This document shows positions 1 to 9,506 of a DNA stretch of 64,000 bases, piece by piece. The stretch covers positions 1 through 64,000 of IMG/VR virus record IMGVR_UViG_3300036770_002122, one strand, 5' to 3'. The first letter of the stretch is position 1. Each line of letters starts with the position of its first letter. A program made the translations under genes and the position numbers. The notes under the pieces were generated by a model that worked only from the letters and a program-made list of their open reading frames with translations, was not told where the DNA came from and searched no databases. This stretch comes from a virus.

Positions 1-101
1 ACTAATATCACAAGTCCAATAAAGCCTTTCAAGGGATTTAAATAAAAAATATTGATAGTCTTTCTCCTGTATAAGTATTGTTACTATTCACAGGAAATTA
101 T

Positions 102-809
102 ATGAAGGACTTAATCGATATCAATCAAACACTTGATCTTGTAAAACTTAAACTTTATAACGAATGGCTGTATACTGCTCATATCTATGATGAGGGTAAT
201 AGCAACATGCATCAGGGTCTGACTACAAAAGTAGTTGAGAAGTACATCGACCCACTTAATATACCCAAAGACGCTAAGATACTAGATATAGGTTGCGGTC
301 CTGGTTATTTCCTAGACGAGATGCGAAATCGCGGATACACTGATTTGACCGGTATCACACTAAGTCCCGGTGATATCAAAATATGCCAAGATAAAGGGCA
401 TACGATCAAGAAGTATGATATCAGTTTCCTTCCGCAAAAAGACGGGTATTATGACGAAAGTGTAGACTTCATCTTTTTGCGCCAGGCGCTTGAACATAGC
501 CCATATCCTATCTTTAGTTTGATGGAATATAATCGCATATTAAAGCAAGGATCACGGATCTATATCGAAGTACCTGCTCCAGATTGCGACAGAAAGCATG
601 AGTTCAATCCTAATCACTATAGCATATTAGGAGAAACTCAACTTATCGCATTATTACAAAGATGCGGATTTAAACTTGAAGTCTTCCAAGCAGTAGAGTT
701 CGGTATTGGCATACCCAATGTCACAAATGAAGACGGAACTTTAAAAGAATTTAAGGAAAAATACTTCTGCGCAGTAGCGGTTAAAGATCGTCCGTTAGAC
801 ATCAAATAA
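102..809 (+). CDS. Class I SAM-dependent methyltransferase
   Basis: Motif I ILDIGCGPG; later DFIFLRQALEH and RILKQG; AGGA RBS before ATG at 102 (ORF track starts at 78). Confidence 0.85.
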   Translation: MKDLIDINQTLDLVKLKLYNEWLYTAHIYDEGNSNMHQGLTTKVVEKYIDPLNIPKDAKILDIGCGPGYFLDEMRNRGYTDLTGITLSPGDIKICQDKGHTIKKYDISFLPQKDGYYDESVDFIFLRQALEHSPYPIFSLMEYNRILKQGSRIYIEVPAPDCDRKHEFNPNHYSILGETQLIALLQRCGFKLEVFQAVEFGIGIPNVTNEDGTLKEFKEKYFCAVAVKDRPLDIK

Positions 810-824
810 CCAGCCCAAAAACGA

Positions 825-830
825 TAAATA
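825..830 (+). promoter_or_regulatory. T4-like late promoter (TAAATA) inside an RBS-occluding inverted repeat
   Basis: GATAAATA core; AAAAACGATAAATACT is identical at 817-832 and 59883-59898; 13-bp IR 826-838/849-861. Confidence 0.7.
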
Positions 831-863
831 CTCTCATAGATTGATTTTTATGAGAGTATTTTT

Positions 864-2375
864 ATGGCTTATCCGGAACCAGCAAATGTAAGTCCTTGGT
901 ATTTACGCAATATCACGCAGGCCCTCGCTCTAAATGAAACTACGGGTAATGTCTATGTACGCACTGACGCACAGATTGACATAAGCAATGCTAATATCAG
1001 CATAGGCAATGTTGGTATAGATAGTTTTGGTAATGTCGATATATCAGGAAACACTCTCCCTGTAACAGTAGAAGGTGGCATCATTACAGTTGACACTATC
1101 ACAGGTAATGTCAATGTCACACAGGGCACTGATCCATGGATCGTAGAGGGCAATGTATCAATCAGTGGTACTGCCAATGTCAGTTTAGGTGGCACTAACT
1201 TAGACGCATTTGGTAGATTGCGTGTCAGCGATCCATATACATTGTTTGATACAAGAGCCATGTATTATGACCATGAACAATTCGCAAGCAATCTAGTAGC
1301 AGGTGGTAATGTAGCGTATAACGCAAACTCAAGCACATTCCTCATGACTGTTGGAACTTCAGGTGATGCTGTATATCGTGAGACAACAAAGACATTTAGT
1401 TATCAGCCAGGCAAAAGTTTATTAGTATTGAACACATTCTGTGGTAACACACCAACAGCAGGATTGACACAGCGTGTTGGTTATTTCAATGATGAGAACG
1501 GTATATATTTTGAAGTCAATGGCATTACAAAGAACATGGTCATACGCTCAAGCAGCACTGGGTCATTGACTTATGAGACAGTTCCGCAAAGTAGTTGGAA
1601 CGGTGACAGATTGACTGGTTTAGGTGGTGCTAACAATCCATCAGGCATAGCATTGAATGTTGACAGAGATCAAATATTCTGGATGGACATTGAATGGTTA
1701 GGTGTTGGTAGCGTAAGAACAGGTTTCGTCATCAATGGTCAGTTCATTGTATGTCATACATTCCATCATGCTAATGAATCAGGCAATGTCAACACATACA
1801 TGGGCACCGCAAATCTACCTGTGCGTTATGAGTTGATCAGCACAGGCCCTGCAGGTAACCTTAGACAGATTTGTAGCACTGTGATATCAGAAGGTGGTTA
1901 TCAATTATCAGGACAAGCAAAGAGTGCAGGACATACATTTAGTCAAGCAGTAGATTTACCTAACGATGATAGTTATGTTCCTGTATTTTCAATAAGACTA
2001 AAAAGCACTATGCCAGATGCTATAGTGATACCAACAACATGGAGTTTGAGCGTCAGTTCAAACGATCTATATGCTTGGAAGATAATTCGCAGAGCGATAA
2101 CTTCAGGTGGTAGTTGGACTTCAGCAGGCGCAGATAGTCCTGTAGAATACAATATAGAACCAACAGCATTAGTAAGCGGTGATGTAGTTGATGAAGGATT
2201 TATTCGTGCATCAAATCAAAGTGTAAGCAGTCCATCTAATCAAGAGATTACATTTGAGAATCAACTAGTGCGTGATCCATTTACTAATACTATGTACGAG
2301 TTTGTTATCATGGCTGCTACTGATGGCACTAATCAAAATGCGTTGGCTGCTGTACAATGGCAACAGATAAGTTAA
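864..2375 (+). CDS. Virion structural protein (beta-rich, fibre/lectin-like)
   Basis: 503-aa ORF; N-terminal GNV/ANV low-complexity repeats then DAFGRLRVS; late promoter upstream. Confidence 0.55.
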   Translation: MAYPEPANVSPWYLRNITQALALNETTGNVYVRTDAQIDISNANISIGNVGIDSFGNVDISGNTLPVTVEGGIITVDTITGNVNVTQGTDPWIVEGNVSISGTANVSLGGTNLDAFGRLRVSDPYTLFDTRAMYYDHEQFASNLVAGGNVAYNANSSTFLMTVGTSGDAVYRETTKTFSYQPGKSLLVLNTFCGNTPTAGLTQRVGYFNDENGIYFEVNGITKNMVIRSSSTGSLTYETVPQSSWNGDRLTGLGGANNPSGIALNVDRDQIFWMDIEWLGVGSVRTGFVINGQFIVCHTFHHANESGNVNTYMGTANLPVRYELISTGPAGNLRQICSTVISEGGYQLSGQAKSAGHTFSQAVDLPNDDSYVPVFSIRLKSTMPDAIVIPTTWSLSVSSNDLYAWKIIRRAITSGGSWTSAGADSPVEYNIEPTALVSGDVVDEGFIRASNQSVSSPSNQEITFENQLVRDPFTNTMYEFVIMAATDGTNQNALAAVQWQQIS

Positions 2376-2385
2376 TGGAGTTTTT

Positions 2386-2889
2386 ATGAAGAAGATATAT
2401 TATATCTTACCCGTTGTTGGAATATTCTTTTTCCTAGGTTCTTGCGAGGGACATTATCGTTATCCTTGTCAAGACCCGGCAAATTGGGGTAAGTTAGAAT
2501 GTAATAATGATGTATGTAAGGCAGAGGGTACTTGCACAAGTGATGTACTGGCCCCTGCAGGTAGTAGAGAATATGGAACAAATCAGCAATCTAATATGGA
2601 AGATGAGTCGTCAAACAATTCTTTACAAGATGATGAAAATGAAATAAGTAATAGTGGATGTGCTGCTCCTCAAGAGTTTGAACAAGTTTCTTACAAGGGT
2701 AAGGGCGAAGAGGAACGCATATTCAATGTAAAGAATAAGATGGAGTTGCCAAAAGAAGAAGTTGTAATGGATCCAGAAGGTGATGAGTTTGAACAACCAG
2801 CCAGAACTCCGCCAAGCATGGAAGATGAACAACCATTGTCTATGAATACAGTTGTTGATACCGCAGCACATAACGCTGCCGTAAAGTAA
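2386..2889 (+). CDS. Lipoprotein in lysis cassette (possible spanin-like component)
   Basis: Basic N-terminus, hydrophobic stretch, lipobox FLGSC, Cys-rich YRYPCQDP domain, acidic tail; GGAG RBS. Confidence 0.65.
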   Translation: MKKIYYILPVVGIFFFLGSCEGHYRYPCQDPANWGKLECNNDVCKAEGTCTSDVLAPAGSREYGTNQQSNMEDESSNNSLQDDENEISNSGCAAPQEFEQVSYKGKGEEERIFNVKNKMELPKEEVVMDPEGDEFEQPARTPPSMEDEQPLSMNTVVDTAAHNAAVK

Positions 2890-2898
2890 GAGGTTTTT

Positions 2899-3213
2899 AT
2901 GTCACAGAGATATACAGAATCAGAATTGATGGTAAGAATGAAAGTCGCAATTGGTTTGGCATTAGCCTTTTGCCTAGTTGGCATTGTGTTTGTCATTCTA
3001 TATTCACTAATATTTGTCACTCAACCAATTGGCTATCAAAGTCCAAATGATGCTGAGTTCTTCAAGTTGATTACTCCTATCGCAACATTCTTGACAGGTA
3101 TATTGTCAGGTATCATGTTAGGTAAGAGCAGCGATCAACCAGAAAAGAAAGAAGAGCCAGGTTTAGAACCACACAAGGAACCATTGGAACTTGATGAGGA
3201 TGAAATAGCCTAA
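2899..3213 (+). CDS. Two-TM membrane protein, putative holin
   Basis: Two hydrophobic helices, charged C-terminal tail, immediately upstream of the endolysin. Confidence 0.55.
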   Translation: MSQRYTESELMVRMKVAIGLALAFCLVGIVFVILYSLIFVTQPIGYQSPNDAEFFKLITPIATFLTGILSGIMLGKSSDQPEKKEEPGLEPHKEPLELDEDEIA

Positions 3214-4370
3214 TGAGTTTGAAAAGTTTACAGGCAAAGATTGGCGTAGCAGCCGATGGTGCTTGGGGACCAGGCACATTCAAAGCAGCGATGGCATATT
3301 ATAAACTGTCACCTGCTAGAGCAGCACATTTCTTTGCTCAAACAGCACATGAAACAGGTGGATACAAAGCATTCACTGAAAATCTAAACTATAATGCTGC
3401 TGGATTGATGGGAATATTCAAAAAGTATTTCCCAGATTTAGCAACAGCAAATCGTTATGCTAGACAGCCAGAAAAGATTGCTAACCGTGTATACGCAAGT
3501 CGCATGGGCAATGGTCCAGAAAGTAGTGGTGATGGATGGCGTTATCGTGGTCGTGGCGCATTACAATTGACTGGTAAAGATAACTACGCGGCATTCGCAA
3601 AGTATTGTAATCGTCCAGATGTGATGAGCAATCCAGACATTGTTGCTACAGAGTTAGCCTTTGAGTCAGCAATGTTTTTCTTTGAAAGAAATAAGTTATG
3701 GGCTATTTGCGATCAAGGTATTACAGACAGCGCAATATTATCATTGACTAAAAAGATCAATGGTGGCACACACGGTCTTGCTGATCGTAGCGAGAAAACA
3801 AAAAAATACTTTATGTGGACAGCGGGGGCAGCACCCGTAGTGGCAGTTTCAGCACCTCAAGCAACAGCACCAAGCGCACCTGCATTTGTAGTTACACCTG
3901 ACATGCAACTTAGCCCACATTTCAAACTTAGTGAGTTTACAAAAAGTGACACAGCAATTAGAAAACGTATCGACAACACACCAGGACCAGCACACGCAAA
4001 AAATCTCAAACTTGTCTGTGAGAAAATACTTGAGCCAGTTCGCAATCATTTTGGCAAGCCTGTTCGTATTAACAGTGGCTATCGCGGCCCCGCTCTTAAC
4101 GCTGCCGTCGGAGGAAGCAGCAAGTCTCAGCATTGCAATGGACAGGCCGTAGATTTTGAAATTGATGGATTGCCCAATCCTGAATTAGCAAAATGGGTGA
4201 GTGAGAATTGCGAGTTCGATCAGATCATACTAGAATTCTATGATCCAAAAGAAGGACCTAACAGTGGTTGGGTACATGCTAGTTACGCAGAAGGTGCTAA
4301 TCGTAAGCAGAAACTCACTGCTGTTACAGAGAAGGGTAAAACAGTTTACAAGCCTGGATTTGTAGTCTAA
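3213..4370 (+). CDS. Endolysin: GH19 muramidase fused to peptidase M15
   Basis: GH19 motifs FFAQTAHETGG and YRGRGALQLTG; Ala/Pro linker; M15 motifs LSPHFKLSEF, INSGYR, SQHCNGQAVD, WVH. Confidence 0.9.
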   Translation: MSLKSLQAKIGVAADGAWGPGTFKAAMAYYKLSPARAAHFFAQTAHETGGYKAFTENLNYNAAGLMGIFKKYFPDLATANRYARQPEKIANRVYASRMGNGPESSGDGWRYRGRGALQLTGKDNYAAFAKYCNRPDVMSNPDIVATELAFESAMFFFERNKLWAICDQGITDSAILSLTKKINGGTHGLADRSEKTKKYFMWTAGAAPVVAVSAPQATAPSAPAFVVTPDMQLSPHFKLSEFTKSDTAIRKRIDNTPGPAHAKNLKLVCEKILEPVRNHFGKPVRINSGYRGPALNAAVGGSSKSQHCNGQAVDFEIDGLPNPELAKWVSENCEFDQIILEFYDPKEGPNSGWVHASYAEGANRKQKLTAVTEKGKTVYKPGFVV

Positions 4371-4378
4371 ATATTTGT

Positions 4379-5926
4379 ATGGCACAAGCCGATACATTAA
4401 TAAAAAGCCCCTACGTCAAAACAGTTTTCAAAACTCAAAAAGAGTTAGATGACTTTGTTAAGTGTTGTGATCCAAAAACAGGTTATCTATATTTTATGGA
4501 TAACTTCTTTTACATACAACATCCTACACGTGGTAGCATGTTGTATCATCCTTATGATTATCAAGAAAGACTTATTCACACATATCATAATTATCGCTAT
4601 TCAATAGCACTTATGCCTCGTCAGAGCGGCAAGTCAACAAGTGCTGCAGGATATCTATTGTGGTATGCTATGTTTGTGCCAGACAGTACGATTCTTATAG
4701 CAGCACACAAGTATACCGGTTCACAAGAAATCATGCAACGTATTCGTTACGCTTATGAAAACTGTCCTATGCATATCAAAGCAGGTGTGACTACTTATAA
4801 CAAAGGCAGTTTAGATTTTGAGAATGGTAGCCGTATCGTATCAGCCACGACAACTGAAAATACTGGTCGTGGTATGTCTATCTCGTTGTTATATCTTGAC
4901 GAATTCGCGTTCGTAAGACCATCAATCGCAGAGCAGTTTTGGACATCTATTACTCCAACATTGTCAACAGGTGGTAAGGCTATCATTACCTCAACCCCAA
5001 ACAGTGACGAAGATCAGTTCGCATTGATATGGAAGGGTGCTAATAAAACTGAAGATGAGTTTGGTAACAAGACAGATGTAGGTGTCAACGGATTCAAAGC
5101 ATATAGATCATATTGGAATGAACAGCCTGGACGTGATGAGAAGTGGGCTGAAGAAATGAAAAGTCAATTAGGACTTGATCGTTTCAATCGTGAAATTGGT
5201 TGCGAATTCATCATTGCCGATGAAACACTAATCAATCCTAATACTTTAATTCAACTAGAAGGGGTAGAACCTATCAATCGCATGGGGCAGGTGCGTTGGT
5301 ATAAGAAGCCTGAAAAGGGTAACATCTACGTAGTAGGTCTTGATCCAAGTCTTGGTACAGGAAGTGACCCTGCTGCCATACAGATTTTTGAAGCGAATAC
5401 AACTACCCAAGTCGGTGAGTGGAAACACAACAAGACCGAGATACCTCAGCAGATCAAGTTACTTAGCGAGATAAACAAATATATTGTAGAATGCACAGGT
5501 GAGCCTAACAACCTATATTATAGTTTAGAAAACAACAGTATTGGTGAAGCAGCACTAATATCACTAAATGAATTTGGAGAAAGTAATATTCCAGGAATAT
5601 TCTTTAGCGAGTACGGCAAAAAACGCAAGGGATTCAACACTAGCCATAAGGTCAAATTGACTGCTTGTGCTAAATTCAAGACCTTATTAGAAAGCAAAAA
5701 AATGAAATTACATAGTAGATCACTAATTAGCGAACTCAAGTCATTTGTTGCGTCCGGTGGTAGTTATGCGGCAAAAGTCGGAGATACTGATGATTTGGTT
5801 ATGGCTACATTATTAATTGTACGTATGCTACAGCAATTAACAGATTTCCATTATGATTTAGGAAATCAAATGCGTGACCATGACGAAATCATACAGCCAT
5901 TACCCTTCTTTGCTGTATTGAGTTAG
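4379..5926 (+). CDS. terL: Terminase large subunit (T4 gp17-like)
   Basis: Walker A PRQSGKS, Walker B LLYLDEFAF, TSTPN motif, nuclease acidic motifs GLDP and DDLVMA. Confidence 0.95.
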   Translation: MAQADTLIKSPYVKTVFKTQKELDDFVKCCDPKTGYLYFMDNFFYIQHPTRGSMLYHPYDYQERLIHTYHNYRYSIALMPRQSGKSTSAAGYLLWYAMFVPDSTILIAAHKYTGSQEIMQRIRYAYENCPMHIKAGVTTYNKGSLDFENGSRIVSATTTENTGRGMSISLLYLDEFAFVRPSIAEQFWTSITPTLSTGGKAIITSTPNSDEDQFALIWKGANKTEDEFGNKTDVGVNGFKAYRSYWNEQPGRDEKWAEEMKSQLGLDRFNREIGCEFIIADETLINPNTLIQLEGVEPINRMGQVRWYKKPEKGNIYVVGLDPSLGTGSDPAAIQIFEANTTTQVGEWKHNKTEIPQQIKLLSEINKYIVECTGEPNNLYYSLENNSIGEAALISLNEFGESNIPGIFFSEYGKKRKGFNTSHKVKLTACAKFKTLLESKKMKLHSRSLISELKSFVASGGSYAAKVGDTDDLVMATLLIVRMLQQLTDFHYDLGNQMRDHDEIIQPLPFFAVLS

Positions 5927-5948
5927 GTCTTTTGGACTAAATATTACT

Positions 5949-8639
5949 ATGGCCGTAAGTTTAGAAAGTTTAAAATCAGCCCTCTATGACATGCTTGAAA
6001 GCAGGGGTTATGATCCTAAAGGATTGGATAGTACAGGTAAAGAAACTCCTAACCCTGAGGACAGTGATGTGATACGTTTTGAATTAAAAGATCAAAACGG
6101 TATATCAGCGGGTCAAGGTTGGTTAGGTATAGAACTAAAGAAGAATCGTGCAGAAGATAAAAAGAACATTGTGCTTTGGATAGATCCTGCATTGATGAAA
6201 AGCCCAGAATTTGAGACATTTTTCAATCTATTACGTGGTTGGAAGCGCGATAAGAACGCAGGTTTTGAATTAAAGACAAACAAAGGCCAATTAGTACACG
6301 ATATGAAAAAGAGGACGATTATGAAAGAGAAAGAACAACTAGAAGAGGGTTATTATCCTCTAGGTAAAAAATCAAGTTATAGTGATAATGTTCCTACTGT
6401 GAAAATTATCCTTCAGCATACTCGTCAACTTGAAGAAGGTGAACAACGCTTTCGTAATGTCGCACGAATTTTTGTAGAAAATGCTAATGGTGAAAGATTC
6501 TTATTGCCAACCAATCGTCCTGGTTTAGCAAGAGTTTTCGCTAGACATATCGCAGAAGGCGGTACACCATACGATGATAAAGCAAAACACATTACTACAT
6601 TAGTAGAAGAATATCAAAAAATGGCAGGATTTGTTCGTGCCACAAAGAATGGTCAGTTTAACGAATCAGCACAACGTTTAGTCAATGAAGGTGTTAATCA
6701 TTATAATAACTTACGTGAAACTTTAAGTAGAATGACCACGCATAAAGGCTATGTCAAGTATTTTGAAAGTTATACACCTGTATTAAACGAAGAGTCAGAT
6801 GAAAATTCATTAAACGAATTATTCGTAAGAGAAACACTAGACCCACGTATTGAAAGTGTATTACCAATATTAAGTCGTTTATCAAAGAACTTAAACGAAA
6901 TGAATGAAGTTAAAGAATTAGACGAATGGGCACAAAGTTTAATTGAAGGTGGCGACGGCGGCGAAGCAAGTGAAGAAACAGATGGTGATACTGCAGGCAA
7001 CGCAGGCGAAGGTGGCGCAGAAGATGTTAGCGTTAATGAAGAGGATGTCGGCTTAAAAAAAATGGCAGACAGTAATGAAGTAGCCGAAGTTATTTTTCAA
7101 AGTTTAAAAGGTGAAACTGGTTTAAACAGTAATGACATCTATAGCATTATAGATGAATATGAAAGTTTAATGGCTGATGAAGGCTATGAAGTAAACAATG
7201 ATGATGTTGCACAGATATTATTAGATAAACTAGATATCAGTGACGATTTAACTGAAGCACCAGGCGCAGAAACACTAAAACATAATCAAAACACAGTTAA
7301 GTCAAATCTTGATGCATTTGATTTAGATGAAGATTTTCGCTATTATTATCCTGGAGCAACAAAAGCCTCAATAAAGAAAAAAGCAAAAGGATTACATCAT
7401 GGCATTAAAGAAGCTGGTAGCGGAGATGCACCAATAGAAAAAATGTCAGATGCAGATTTGGCAGATTATTTAGGTGTCAGTGTTAAGTTCGTATCACAAA
7501 ATCGCAAGAAAGCAGAACAAGCAGCTAGAGATAAGACAGATGATAATATAGATGAATCTAGCTTGCCTGGCTTGCAAACACTACCATATAAAATAAAACC
7601 AAATGATGGAACACCAAAAATTAAAACTCTCCCACATGAGATAAAACCAAGTGATGGTACACCAAAAATTAAAAAATTACCATATGAAGTTCCTGCAGGT
7701 GAGTATAAAAAAATCAAGGAACAAGATGAAGGTTACAGAGAAATAAGTAATTTAAATGATTTTAAAACTGGAACAGTCGGTTCAGTTGTTCAATATAAAG
7801 ATGGAAAATTTGGATTTAAGTATGGTAATAAATTAAGTCCACAAAAATTTACCAGTAGACGAGATGCAGACAACGCACTGTACGCACATCACAAGCAGGG
7901 TGTGGCGGAAGATATTGACAATTTAAATACTGCCCAACAAAGCGCACAAATGCAAAAGCAAGGCGGCGACATGAAAGTGTCTAGACAAGAGTTTGATACT
8001 ATGATGCAAAATAATCCAAACGCTGCTGGATTAGCAAAAGATAAAGGTATGCAAAGTGATTTAAAATATGCTACAGATAAAGAAGGCAATATAGATCAAA
8101 CAAAACTATTAGCAAGAGGTATTGATAGAATGATGCCTGCTATGGGCGGCGCAGTAAGAGACCTTAATAAAGTTTATTACAGAGACATGCCAGGCAAACT
8201 TCAAGCAGATCAAAAACGTAATCCAGAAGAATTTAAAAAGCAGTATGATGCACTGGACCCAGAATCAAAGGCTGAAGTTGATAGACAACTAGCGATAACA
8301 CCTGCACAAGCCAAAGCAAATTATCAAGCACAACAAGGTGCAGCAGATAAACAAATGACGGATATGGGTTATACAAAATATGGTTATAACTTACAATCAC
8401 GTCCAGTTGTTAATCGTGTAAAAAATGCAGGCGCTTGGGTAAAAGATAAATTTAACGAAGAAGATGAAGAAGTATCAGAAGATTTAGATGCAAATCAAAA
8501 ACGTGCAGGACAATTAGGCCCAACTGAAAAAGTAGGACCAAAAGGCGCAGTAGGAAAATTAGTAGGTGCAAGTGAAAGTATAAATTATGATGAAGATAAA
8601 CTTTTACTTGATCGTATTACAAGATTAGCAGGTAAATAA
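5949..8639 (+). CDS. Large modular protein, putative processed head-internal polyprotein
   Basis: 896 aa; late promoter; many (L/I/V/F)-x-E sites between compositionally distinct modules; C-terminal DRITRLAG. Confidence 0.55.
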   Translation: MAVSLESLKSALYDMLESRGYDPKGLDSTGKETPNPEDSDVIRFELKDQNGISAGQGWLGIELKKNRAEDKKNIVLWIDPALMKSPEFETFFNLLRGWKRDKNAGFELKTNKGQLVHDMKKRTIMKEKEQLEEGYYPLGKKSSYSDNVPTVKIILQHTRQLEEGEQRFRNVARIFVENANGERFLLPTNRPGLARVFARHIAEGGTPYDDKAKHITTLVEEYQKMAGFVRATKNGQFNESAQRLVNEGVNHYNNLRETLSRMTTHKGYVKYFESYTPVLNEESDENSLNELFVRETLDPRIESVLPILSRLSKNLNEMNEVKELDEWAQSLIEGGDGGEASEETDGDTAGNAGEGGAEDVSVNEEDVGLKKMADSNEVAEVIFQSLKGETGLNSNDIYSIIDEYESLMADEGYEVNNDDVAQILLDKLDISDDLTEAPGAETLKHNQNTVKSNLDAFDLDEDFRYYYPGATKASIKKKAKGLHHGIKEAGSGDAPIEKMSDADLADYLGVSVKFVSQNRKKAEQAARDKTDDNIDESSLPGLQTLPYKIKPNDGTPKIKTLPHEIKPSDGTPKIKKLPYEVPAGEYKKIKEQDEGYREISNLNDFKTGTVGSVVQYKDGKFGFKYGNKLSPQKFTSRRDADNALYAHHKQGVAEDIDNLNTAQQSAQMQKQGGDMKVSRQEFDTMMQNNPNAAGLAKDKGMQSDLKYATDKEGNIDQTKLLARGIDRMMPAMGGAVRDLNKVYYRDMPGKLQADQKRNPEEFKKQYDALDPESKAEVDRQLAITPAQAKANYQAQQGAADKQMTDMGYTKYGYNLQSRPVVNRVKNAGAWVKDKFNEEDEEVSEDLDANQKRAGQLGPTEKVGPKGAVGKLVGASESINYDEDKLLLDRITRLAGK
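7572..7694 (+). repeat. In-frame 48-nt tandem repeat (about 2.5 copies)
   Basis: LQTLPYKIKPNDGTPK / IKTLPHEIKPSDGTPK / IKKLPYEVP. Confidence 0.85.
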
Positions 8640-8640
8640 C

Positions 8641-9486
8641 ATGCCAACATTTGGATCAGGACTTACAATAGGCGCGGGAATTACATTTACTGCTCCGCCA
8701 CAATACTTATTATCAATAACACCATCTGGACAAAGTTCCTACACTTGGGACATGCAGCAAGATGGCCCTCTAACTCTATCTACCGCAAATACATATGATA
8801 TTGTTCCTGGTTCAAATATTACGATGACTACTAAAATGTGGGGAGCAGGTGGAAACGATGATAATGCAGGTGCCGGTGGTGCATCTGTAGGAACTATTAG
8901 TTTTGTAGCAGGCATAACCTACAAATTTGTAGTGGGATCGAAAATTTTGGGAGCAGCCAGCAGTTCACCATCAAAGGCAGCCTCAGGTCAATATAGTGGT
9001 ATCTTTACTACAAGTATACTACAAGCAAATGCAATTATAATGGCAGGCGGTGGAGGTGGTGTTGGATATTCTGTCGGTTGGGCAGATAGTGCAGGTGGTG
9101 CAGGCGGTGGACTCACAGGCGGTGGCGGTGCCGGAGGCGGTGCCGGAGGTGGTGGTGGTACACAATCAGCCGGCGGTGCTAGAGGAGCTTTTGTTGATTT
9201 TAATTGCTACGGTAACACAGGTCAGGCATTACTTGGCGGTAACCCATTTTTTTGCGGCGATTGGGGTGGTGCTGGTGGCGGTGGCTATTGGGGTGGTGGT
9301 AGCGCAGCAGGCGTTAACAATTATCCAGGCGGTGGCGGCGGCGGATCAGGATACATTCATCCTTCACTAGTAAGCAACGGAACATTGTATGGTGGAAGCG
9401 GCACAACTCCGGGCTTAGTTGCAGATCCTCTTAGAGGAAATTCAGGAAGTCCTCTGTACGACGGAAAAATTTATTTGACTCTATAA
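8641..9486 (+). CDS. Glycine-rich protein type A (adhesin/fibre-tip-like)
   Basis: Poly-Gly runs; WDMQQDGPLTL and KMWGAGG; paralog of 10839-11741. Confidence 0.7.
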   Translation: MPTFGSGLTIGAGITFTAPPQYLLSITPSGQSSYTWDMQQDGPLTLSTANTYDIVPGSNITMTTKMWGAGGNDDNAGAGGASVGTISFVAGITYKFVVGSKILGAASSSPSKAASGQYSGIFTTSILQANAIIMAGGGGGVGYSVGWADSAGGAGGGLTGGGGAGGGAGGGGGTQSAGGARGAFVDFNCYGNTGQALLGGNPFFCGDWGGAGGGGYWGGGSAAGVNNYPGGGGGGSGYIHPSLVSNGTLYGGSGTTPGLVADPLRGNSGSPLYDGKIYLTL

Positions 9487-9506
9487 CATTTTAAAGGAAT
9501 ATTATC

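Noticed and set aside
1-45. 3' end of an upstream gene (TNITSPIKPFKGFK*)
   Set aside because: Too short to assign a product
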